A program made the translations under genes and the position numbers. From Azolla caroliniana (Eukaryota > Plantae > Polypodiophyta), in the NCBI GenBank assembly GCA_043228905.1, contig JBHGNT010000016.1, forward strand, positions 3,968,001 through 4,032,000: 64,000 nt of DNA, written 5' to 3'. Below the pieces are notes generated by a model, which was not told the origin of the DNA, did no database searches, and worked only from the letters and a program-made list of their open reading frames with translations. Positions 13,639 to 23,461 of this stretch are shown here, piece by piece (position 1 is the stretch's first letter; each line of letters opens with the position of its first letter).

Positions 13639-16600
13639 AACACGTTTGCGTTCACAAGTGGAAGGATCGCGCACAAGTGGAAGGATAAGGAATATTCTAT
13701 TTGATTTTGGGGTTTTTTTTGCCATTTCACAAAACATCTTGATACTAGTATCACATGTTCTCCAAAACTTGATGAAAAAGTTGAAATTTTCACCATTTGG
13801 TAAAATTGAAAAATGCCAAATTTGGGTAAAATACGAAAAGTAACTTTGTGGATTTTTAAAGAAAAATGACAACTAATAAGTTTTTAGATCTTAAAGAAAT
13901 CAAAGTAGAATATTTCAAAACAATGAACGGTTTTATTCCATTCGATAAAATGTTGTCTAAATTTGTTACATATAATTGCACAACAAATACATTTGGGAGT
14001 TATCTACATGACTATCATCATTCTTTTCATGAGAATCACTACTATAGATAATATACAATTGTGACTCTTCCTCCTCATCTTCTAATGTACCAATCAAATC
14101 ATTGTCTTCACCAAATGGTATCTCCAAATTTTGTGCAATAAATCTTCTTCGTCTTCAATCTGAGATATCTTCTAGACTTGCTAATATCTCTTTTATTATG
14201 CATATCGTTGTTGTCCTTATACATCCAACTTTTATTTGTGTAAAGTCATACATAATGATATCCACCTCATTAATGTCAATGATAGATGTATTACAAAGGT
14301 TTTATGCATCATCACGTCCAAAACTTTACCAATGCAGAATTGGTACCCTAGGTCATGGCCATCTACATGTGTAGCTATTAATATCCCCACCTTGACTTCT
14401 TGCAAGTTTCCTTGTCACCTGAGTTATGCTTGTGTTGTCATCATTCGTTCCAACTATAAAGATCAACATTAAGTAGTGATTGAGAACCACACGAACACTT
14501 TATGGACCATGTAAATGGCATTTGCAAGGTTCAATTACCATCAACACAATTATTAATAGTTTTTTGTTAATCAATGATGCACATGTTTACCATAAAGTAT
14601 CTTATTGTACAGCATACTTGTTTGCACTATCGATATGCATCTTTTTCTCTTGTAAAAACAAAGATTTTAGTACGATTCAAGTTCATGTTTAAAAAACCTC
14701 TTTTATCTGAAAAACAACAAGATTTTAAACATTAAGTCGATATGTTATATCGAGTTGATGTAAAAAATAGAGTTTTCATCATAATTCCATACAATGTATT
14801 GAATTCTTGCTCAAAGTTTTTTTTACTAGATTTAAAAAATAATAATAATAATAAATTGTGCTTGAGTTCATCTAGAAAACCATATTTTTCATCACAACTC
14901 GATATAATGTATTGAGTTCATGCTTAAAGTAATTTTTTCTAATTGTTTTCAATTTTGTTTCAATTTTTTTCAATTTTTTATAGTTTTTTATTGATTTTGT
15001 TTTATTTTTTAAACATCAATTTGATACATTGTATCAACTTGTGATAAAAGCTCTGGTTTTTTCATCACTTATTAAAGCTCAATTTTGTTTTAGAAAAAAA
15101 AACAAAGTACCAAAATAAAATAGAAAAAAATGTAATTATTTTTAAAAAAAAATCCAAAATTAAACTTTTCATGTCATGATATGGTAGGACACGAACCCAT
15201 GACCTTATGTTACATGGGTCAAGCTCTTGACCATTAAACCATACATTGTAATACATAAAATTATTTTTATCACTTCTTAAAGCTTAATTTTTTTTTACAA
15301 AAAAAACAAAACATCATAATAAAATAGGAAAAAATGTAATTATTTTTAAAAAAAAAATCTGAAATAAAACTTTAAACATGAACTCGATACGCCGTATCGA
15401 GTTCATGTAAAAAAGTTAGCTTTTCAACATGAACTCGATACAGCGTATCGAGTTCATGTTTAAAAGGGGTATCGAGTTCATGTAAAAAGGTTAGCTTAGT
15501 TCATGACATGATATAGTAGGACTCGAACCCATGACCTTCTACTACATGGGTGGGGCTCTTGATCATTAGACCATACATTGTAATACATAAACTATTATTT
15601 TTATCACTTATTAAACCTTAATTTGTTTTTAGAAAACAAACAAAACACCATAATAAAATAGGAAAAAATGTAATTATTTTTAAAAAAAAATCCGAAATAA
15701 AACTTTAAACATGAACTCGATACGCCGTATCGAGTTCATGTAAAAAAGAAAAAAGTTAGCTTTTCAACATGAACTCGATACGCCGTATCGAGTTCATGTT
15801 GAAAAGGCGTATCGAGTTCATGTAAAAAAGTTAACTTAGTTCATGTCGTGATATGTAGGACTTGAACCCATGACATTATGCTACATGGGTCAAGCTCTTG
15901 ACCATTAGACGATACATTGTAATACATAAAATATTATTTTCCACACTTATTAAAGCTCAAAGCTTTTTAGAGAAAAAAACAAAATACCAAAATAAAATAG
16001 GAAAAAATGTAATTATTTTTAAAAAAAAATTCGAAAATAACACTTTCAACATGAACTCGATACGTCGTAGATTAACTCATATCATCATCATTCCCTCTCA
16101 GTCCCTCTCTCTCTCTCACTCTCTCTCTCTCTTCTTTTCTCAAGTGTTCTACACCTTAAATTCTTCTTAGTACTAATATTTCTCTCTTAGTACTAATTTC
16201 GTCTCTGTCTTAGAATTTTGTTTTTGAGCTTTAATAAGTGATGAAAAAACCTGAGTTTTTATCACAAGTCGATACAATGTATCAAGTTCATGTTTAAAAT
16301 TATTATTTTTTCCATAAAAAATAAAAAAAATTAAAAAAATTAAAAAAAATTAAAAAAAATTAAAAGAAACAAAAAAAATTTGAAAAAAAATAAAAAAAAT
16401 TGAAACAAATTGAAAATGTTTTTTTTTTTTAAATTAGAAAAAATTACTTTAAACATGAACTCGATACATTGTATTGAATTGTGATGAAAAATCTGGTTTT
16501 TCTATGAACTCAAGCTTAATTTATTATTATTATTATTATTTAAATCCGGTAAATAAACTTTGAACATGAATTTAATATATTGTATAGAGTTATGATGAAA

Positions 16601-17415
16601 ACTCTATTTTTTACGTCAATTCAATACAACATATCATGTTCATGTTTAAAACTCTTGTTGTTTTTCAAATAAAAGAGGTTTTTAAAGATGTATGTTGCAC
16701 AACAAGATACCTTATGGTAAATATGTGCTTCATTTATTAGAAAAAAACCATTAATAATTGTGTTGATGGTAATTGAACTTTGCAAATGCCATTTACTTCA
16801 CAAATTTTGAAGGGGAATTCTTATAAGGAAGGAGATTATAACATTGTAGATACCTTGATAACTATGTGTTATGTTCAAATTGATATATTAATGTTCACAT
16901 CTAAAGTTTGACAATTTATGAATATCGTCTACATTTTAGGAGTTGTGGATTTATCAAAATTGTTTATGAATATTGTCTACATTTCTTGAGTTGTGAATTT
17001 ATGGATGTTAATGAGCACTAATTTATAGATGATGACATTAAGGATTGCAATATTACCTTTTATACTTAAAACATTTTCAAGTCTAACAATAGATGTAACC
17101 TTAATCTTCTCAAGACGGTGAAACCATTAATCTTAACTTGTGCCTTGAGTTGACCATAATTGTGATTTTCTTTAAGTTAACTACATTTCATATCTGCAAA
17201 CCATCAACATTTAAACATTATCCCTAAACTATTCAATTTTAGAAATTATCATTTAGAAATTTGTTAAATCTCAAAAAATTAGCAAAATTTACATGCTATT
17301 TAAAACATGTGATACTAGTGTATCAAGTTTTTGGAAATTGTCTAAAATCGCAAGATTATAAAAGGAATCTATAAGTGGAATGCGCAATCCTTCCACTTGT
17401 GAATGCAAAGGTGTT
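13639..17415. mobile_element. Non-autonomous DNA (TIR) element with ~35-bp TIRs and 5-bp TSD, internal foldback structure
   Basis: Left end aacacgtttgcgttcacaagtggaaggatcgcgca; right end is the reverse complement of aacacctttgcattcacaagtggaaggattgcgca; accaa at 13634-13638 and 17416-17420; removing it restores gypsy EFHENPW-SGH. Confidence 0.88.
14511..16796. repeat. Long internal inverted repeat (~550-600 bp arms) enclosing a ~335-bp tandem array
   Basis: gtaaatggcatttgcaaggttcaattaccatcaacacaat at 14511 is the reverse complement of 16757-16796; arms continue to ~15085 and ~16220. Confidence 0.85.
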
Positions 17416-19008
17416 ACCAAGGATTCTCGTGAAACTCCATCATCAACACCGATTCGTCTTCTTCCCGTGTCACCACCCAAACTGGTGCGTCGTTCCGCTT
17501 CTTCGGATGCCGCCATATTTTCCCGCCTCGTAGGAAGAATTTGTAAGCTTTCTTCTGGAGTCGACTCACTTCTTCTTTCGTCCACCATGCGCCCATCATC
17601 ATCGTGCACAGGAATCTTCCGATCAAAAGCCACTCCCCATTGTAGTCGTCCTCATTGAACTTGTTTAGGGCCGGAGTGCTCCACTTATTCACCGACATTC
17701 GAGCCAATTCGAAGAAATCCACATCAACCTCTTCGTCTTTTGACACCATGTCGTCCTCATTCTCGAACTGTGCTCTTGAGAGCATATCGGCCATGGTGTT
17801 GCCCTTTCCAGAGATGTGTCATATCTCCGGATTCAGGGACTTGATGTACACGAGTCCGGAGTCGCGCATCCGAAAACCATATTAAGGATTGGTAGGCAGT
17901 CTATCTCGATTACTACTTTCGTCCCAATCAAGTAGTCTTTATCGGTCTTGACCACCAAAACGATACCCTAGAGTTCACGTTTAACCTGGGTGTATCCTTG
18001 TTGCCACTCGCTCAACACCTTCACACCAACCGTATGGGGAACCGTGTGTCGTCCTCGTCTTCCTGATTAACCACCCACCTGATTCCGGTCAGACTCGTAT
18101 CCGCCGTTACGTAAACCAGTGTTTCCGCCTTGTATACTACTTTTCAGAAAAGCGGAGAGCCGGCGCTGCCGTCAGCCTCTCCTTCAATTTCCAGACCACC
18201 TCTATCTACTCTGCGGCCCATTCGAACTTCAGACCCTTCTTCAGCAACCCATAGAGCGGCTCGGCAAGGTGCGCATAGTGTGGGATCCAAATGTGGTAGA
18301 AAGTGCACGCTCCCAAGAATCGTCGAACTTCTGTGACCGTCCTGCATTCCTCCTTCATCGCGGAGATGGCCTCTACCTTCGTCGGAGACAGTTTCCGGTC
18401 ATATGGTCCACACAAGTGCCCCACTACTAGGATCTCAAATTGTCTAAAAGCCGACTTCTCCCTGGAGAAGGTAAGCTTAGTGCCCTCAAGCCTCTGCAGT
18501 ATCTTCTCACAGTCGGAGATGTGGTTCGCGACAAACCTCCAACATTTGTCCGGCTCAATCGATTCATCCTTCGTTTCCTCCAGACATCCCTTGATCGGGA
18601 TGTTGTCCAAGAAAGGCATGGTGATATCTGGGATGCAGTCCCGCAAAACCTTGTTCATTGCATTCACCAGGTGCACCACGGAGTTGGTCCCTCCTTGCGG
18701 CAGGGTACACATCCGAACTAGGCCGAGAGGGGTTCGCATCATTGTGATATGATATATCCCTACTCTCCACAGCTAGCTGGAACTGGTCATATCCGGAGTA
18801 CAAGTCGCCGACTAAGTAGATTGACCTCCCCACGAAGGCCTCTGCAAACTCGTTAATTGTCGGCCCAATCCTTGTCGTTGATCGGTTGCAGGTCTTGAAT
18901 GAAGCGTAGCGTGCTGTTCTTCTTCGGCACCGTAAACCATTGATTCGAGTACGGGGTGCTCGACGGCTCAAGGATCCCCATCTCGATCTTCTATTTGAGC
19001 AGCTCCGT
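17416..19008 (-). pseudogene. Old Ty3/gypsy element, RT-RNase H fragment
   Basis: DLYSGYDQ, LPQG, FLD[N]I, RRFLG, ADMLSR motifs with frameshifts; continues at 26339. Confidence 0.9.
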
Positions 19009-19862
19009 TGTCGTGCCTTTCGGCTCCGGATCGTTGCGTGAGTCGGGTGGGAACCACAGAGGTCTTGGACTAGGAGAAAGAAGTTCGTGAGATAGAGATT
19101 AATTATGAGTAACTAGCAAAGAGAAAGATAAGAAACTCGTGAATCACACGAGCATACTATATTAATTGGTACTTAGGGTGTTAAGAGAGAAGTAGATGTA
19201 TAAATCGTGAATCCCACGAATAATTTTTGTATTGATTAATTCCTAATCCAAATAATCAACAACCCTTTACATATTTCTCTCCTCCTTATATAAGGAAGGA
19301 AGAGCTAAGCATGGCTTCATGCTTTTTTTTTTACAAAAAGTGTTCATGTCCACTAAATGTGCATGTGATGCTTTTTTTATTTATTTCCTAAGTATAGGGC
19401 TCATGCACGCTAGATGTGCATGAGTTATTTTTTTAGTGTCTCGTCTTTTTCATATATTAAAAAATACACGATTTACCTTTTAATAAAGGTATGCATAAAT
19501 AAAGGTCTTATACATATTAAATCTATATTTAAAGCACTTAAGATAAGTTAATGTAATGGTAAGGTTGGGGTTTGTCAACGTGGAGGTGTAGAGTTCGAAT
19601 CACGCCCTGCGCAGTAGTGAGTATTTCCTTTCTTTTTACATTTATGTCTCTTTATCCGGCTCTTCCTTGCCGGTATGCCGTTTTCTTCCTTGCCAGTATG
19701 CCGTTTTCCTCCTTGCCGGTATGCCGTTTTTCCTCCTTGCCGGTATGCCGTTTTCCTCCTTGCCGGTATGCCGTTTTCTTCCGGTTCCCACCGAGCACTC
19801 CATTCTCTATCCGGAGGGACAAAAATATAATTTCCACATAGTGTGCAACCTACACTACGACA
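19009..19862 (-). repeat. gypsy 3' LTR (854 bp, five 23-24-bp internal repeats)
   Basis: Near-identical to 25530-26338; preceded on the minus strand by PPT ggagggggcgag. Confidence 0.95.
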
Positions 19863-22800
19863 CTCGCCCCCTCCAAACCCGCACATCCTCCGGTATGTGC
19901 CGAAGTTCTTGATTCTTCGTATCCGTCTTCATCCGAAGCTTCCTCCGATTCTCCCCTTATCTCGACTATGAGTTGTAATCCACTTTCTTCGCTTCCCGCA
20001 TCATTGTGGTCTTCGTCCGATTGCTCCTCGTTGTCGGCCTCGACTTGGATCACATAAGGTTTGTCGTCGGTCCGCTTCTTAAAAATCTTCACCCGCTTCC
20101 CGGCTATAGGCACTCGTAGTATTGTTCCATCCAACTCGGACAGTCGGTACGTCCCGTTGTCGAAGACCTTCCGAACCTCGTACGGCCCGAACCACCTTTT
20201 CGCGAATTTCCGCATCGTTGTATGTTGATGGTCCAAGCTACTATCATAGACGATCACCCAATCTCCTTCTTCAATCCTCCTCGGTCGTAGTCGGTGCTTT
20301 GTGTCGAACCGGCTTTTGTTCCGGAACCGTGCTTCTTGTTGTCGGCGTGACGCTTCCGCTACATCTTTCGGTCTTCCCTCCAGTTGTCGTATCCGGACTG
20401 CTAGTAATTCTTCCCGGCTCATCTCTTCCTTCCACGGTAGTATTGTCCATGTCGCGATTGCGGTTTCCGTTGGCATTACCGGTGCTTGTCCGGTCATGAG
20501 TTCTGCCGGCATGTAACCGGTCACGGAGCTATGCGTCGTCCGATCCGCCCATAGTGCATACGGAATCATTTGTGGCCAATCCTTCACCCTTCCGTCGCAT
20601 GCCTTCGCAAGTGCTTTCACGATCGGACTATGTCCTCGTTCGATCTTCCCGTTGGCCTCCGGATTGTAGGCCGTTGTCAACGTTAACCGAACTCCATGTT
20701 TGGCGAAGAATCCCCTAGCTTTGTCCGAGTCGAGTTCTCCCCGGTCCGCAATCACTTGTCCTACGCAGCCGTACCTACAAAACACTTCTTCCAAAAGAAA
20801 TTGGCACACCGCGGCACACGTTTTCCTCCGAAGCGCTCGACCTTCAACTTGGTTTGTGAGATCTTCTCGAGCTAACACCAAGTATTTCTTTTGTCCAATC
20901 CCGGTCGGCATAGCTACAATGTCGACCATCCACTTGAAGTTGATTGTCGGTGAGAATGTCGGATGCAGCTCATCTCGGTGTCGGACCCCGGAGTAGACTT
21001 GACATTTCTCGCAGCTTTCTGTGAACTCCGCGACATCTTTATACATGTTCTTCCACCAATATCTTTGCTTGATTTTCACAAAAGTTGCCCATGTTCCTCG
21101 ATGTCCAGCCCAATCGGATTCGTGGAACTCGGACATTATCCGGTTTCGTTGCTCTTTCGTCCCGACTACTCGAAGTGGTATCCCATCCGGTCTTTTCGGC
21201 GTCCTCCATATTAAACCGTTTTCCAAGAAGAACTTTTGGACTTGCCTCTTCTTCCTTCGGATCTCGGCTCTCCTTTCTTTATCATTGGTTGAATCCTCGA
21301 CCTCTTGTAGCATCTTCCCGATCATCAAGGTTTCCCCCTCGTATTCTTCTTCCCGGAATTCTCGGATCACGTTCACTCGGCATATGTGTTCTGACGTGAA
21401 GTAGTCTTCGGAAACTTCTTCATTATCTGATTCGGTTATGTCGTCTTCAAACCGCGCCCTCGATAACATGTCCGCTACCGCGTTGTCCTTCCCCGAGATG
21501 TGTCGAACCTCCGGATTAAGTGACTTGACATATGCAATCCACCTTAGCATAGCCACATCCGGTATCGTACAACACCGCATCATCCCAAGTATCGGAAGAC
21601 AATCCGTCTCGATCACCACTTCAGCTCCGATCAAATAATCCCGATCCGATTTTATCGCCGACACGACTCCCCACAATTCTCTTTTGACTTGTGCATATCC
21701 GCGTTGCCTTTCGTTGAGGACCTTTGCTCCAAATCGGATCGGATACCGCGAACCATCCGAGTCGGCTTGATTGATGACCCACCCGATACCGGTTGGACTT
21801 GTATCAACCGTTACTATGATTGGCCGCTCGTAGCTTGGCTTCTTAAGTGATTCCGCCCTCCATAGTGTCTTCTTGAGCTTCCTCATGGCTTTAGTGTGTT
21901 CCGGTTTCCATTCGAATTTCTTACCTTTCCGCAACAAGTGATAGAGCGGGTCCGCTATATGTGCATAGTGCGGAATCCATATGTGATAGAATGCACACGC
22001 ACCCAGAAACCTTCGGACTTCCGATGTTGACTCACATACTTCCTTCATAGCTTGAATCGCATCGATCTTTGTTGGTGACGGTCTTCGGCCGTAGGGTCCA
22101 CATAGATGTCCGACCACCAATATTTCTTCTTGCCCGAATGCCGATTTCTCCCCGGAAAGTGTTAGGTGCACATCTTCTAGCTTTCGCAACACTTTCTCGC
22201 AATCATGAATATGGTCGACCACGAACTTTCGGCATCCCCGATCATCCATAGTCTCATCTTTTTCTTCCACCGCGCATCCTTTCATCGGAATGTCATCTAG
22301 AAACGGCATCGTTATCTCCGGAATGCAATCTCGAAGCACCTTGTTCATCGCGTTCATCATATGTGCAACCGAGTTTGTCGCTCCTTGTGGTAGTGTGCAC
22401 ATTCGAACTAGTCCTATCGGTGTCCGCATGGTAGTGATGTCTCGGCTCTCCACGGCTAGTTGGAATTGGTCATACCCCGAGTATAGGTCCCCGATGGAGT
22501 ATATCGCACGTCCGGCAAAAGCTTCCGCGAATTCGTCCACTATCGGACCGACTCCCGAGTTCCGGATCGTGACCTTGTTCACCGGTTGCAAGTCTTGGAT
22601 GAATCGGAGTGACCCATTCTTCTTCGGAACCGTAAACCATCGATTTGAGTACGGAGCACTTGATGGCTCTAGAATCCCCATCGCCACCTTCTCCTTGAGT
22701 AAGTCGATGACTTTCGGAATATGCGCCCGTGGCACCGGAATCGGCTTCAGGTTCCACGGTACATGATCAATCGTGAAAATCACCATCGGCTCCACTATCT

Positions 22801-23461
22801 TTGGATCAATGCATCCGATCTCCCTCGATGTGAACGCGAATGCTTTGCCATGTTGCTCCAACATCTCTCGAAACCGTTTTTCTTCTTCTTGTAAGAGGAA
22901 CCCACCTCCACCGATCCGAAGTTTCTTCCGGGTCTCATCTGTGAAGGCATGTCCGATATCCACGGACTTCCGAAGTGTCGGATCTCCCGAGACTTCTTTC
23001 TTCTTTTGTTCGCTATCGGCGGGTAGTGGTCCCGCGGCCGGTTTCACCTTTTTCTCCACGGTCTTGTATTTCGTACTTACCATTGCTTCTTCTTTGCGGA
23101 GCGCATCCGGCCCCATTTTCGCAACGATCTCGTACATCTCGACCGATTCCACCGGGACTACCCGGTTCCCGTGGCTTTTATCTTCCGCAAGCTCTTCAAG
23201 CCGTTGTAGTGTATTCCCATAGAACACTTCCTCGATCACTCCCACGATTTCTTCATCTTCTTTTATTATTGATGCCGACCGTAACTTATCCTCCACTTGT
23301 CGGTATTGTTTCTTCATTCCTTCGGTTACGGCCGTGTACGTAGATGCCCCATCCGGGCCGATTCGTACTTGTTTTGCTCCGAGAGTTTTCTTCCTGTGTG
23401 GGGTATCAGGGTTTCTCGGACTATCACTTCCCCACTCCGCAACAGTCCGCTTTAAAAATCC
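19850..23461 (-). CDS. gypsy pol (RT, RNase H, integrase), probably entered by -1 frameshift
   Basis: 1155-aa ORF from ATG 23317 (DLYSGYDQ, FLDD, VDTS, ADMLSR, H..C..C, WMVD, DRGE, NGKIER, GPY); frame stays open upstream to ~23575, overlapping the gag-PR stop. Confidence 0.92.
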   Translation of the reverse strand, partial: GFLKRTVAEWGSDSPRNPDTPHRKKTLGAKQVRIGPDGASTYTAVTEGMKKQYRQVEDKLRSASIIKEDEEIVGVIEEVFYGNTLQRLEELAEDKSHGNRVVPVESVEMYEIVAKMGPDALRKEEAMVSTKYKTVEKKVKPAAGPLPADSEQKKKEVSGDPTLRKSVDIGHAFTDETRKKLRIGGGGFLLQEEEKRFREMLEQHGKAFAFTSREIGCIDPKIVEPMVIFTIDHVPWNLKPIPVPRAHIPKVIDLLKEKVAMGILEPSSAPYSNRWFTVPKKNGSLRFIQDLQPVNKVTIRNSGVGPIVDEFAEAFAGRAIYSIGDLYSGYDQFQLAVESRDITTMRTPIGLVRMCTLPQGATNSVAHMMNAMNKVLRDCIPEITMPFLDDIPMKGCAVEEKDETMDDRGCRKFVVDHIHDCEKVLRKLEDVHLTLSGEKSAFGQEEILVVGHLCGPYGRRPSPTKIDAIQAMKEVCESTSEVRRFLGACAFYHIWIPHYAHIADPLYHLLRKGKKFEWKPEHTKAMRKLKKTLWRAESLKKPSYERPIIVTVDTSPTGIGWVINQADSDGSRYPIRFGAKVLNERQRGYAQVKRELWGVVSAIKSDRDYLIGAEVVIETDCLPILGMMRCCTIPDVAMLRWIAYVKSLNPEVRHISGKDNAVADMLSRARFEDDITESDNEEVSEDYFTSEHICRVNVIREFREEEYEGETLMIGKMLQEVEDSTNDKERRAEIRRKKRQVQKFFLENGLIWRTPKRPDGIPLRVVGTKEQRNRIMSEFHESDWAGHRGTWATFVKIKQRYWWKNMYKDVAEFTESCEKCQVYSGVRHRDELHPTFSPTINFKWMVDIVAMPTGIGQKKYLVLAREDLTNQVEGRALRRKTCAAVCQFLLEEVFCRYGCVGQVIADRGELDSDKARGFFAKHGVRLTLTTAYNPEANGKIERGHSPIVKALAKACDGRVKDWPQMIPYALWADRTTHSSVTGYMPAELMTGQAPVMPTETAIATWTILPWKEEMSREELLAVRIRQLEGRPKDVAEASRRQQEARFRNKSRFDTKHRLRPRRIEEGDWVIVYDSSLDHQHTTMRKFAKRWFGPYEVRKVFDNGTYRLSELDGTILRVPIAGKRVKIFKKRTDDKPYVIQVEADNEEQSDEDHNDAGSEESGLQLIVEIRGESEEASDEDGYEESRTSAHTGGCAGLEGASVVV

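Noticed and set aside
15376-15830. Palindromic repeats resembling a CRISPR array or attC sites
   Set aside because: Intervening sequences are themselves repeated rather than unique spacers; no cas or integron integrase; eukaryotic transposon context.
15184-15915. Functional tRNA genes
   Set aside because: No convincing acceptor stem or anticodon arm; only A/B-box-like motifs, so reported as tRNA-like.
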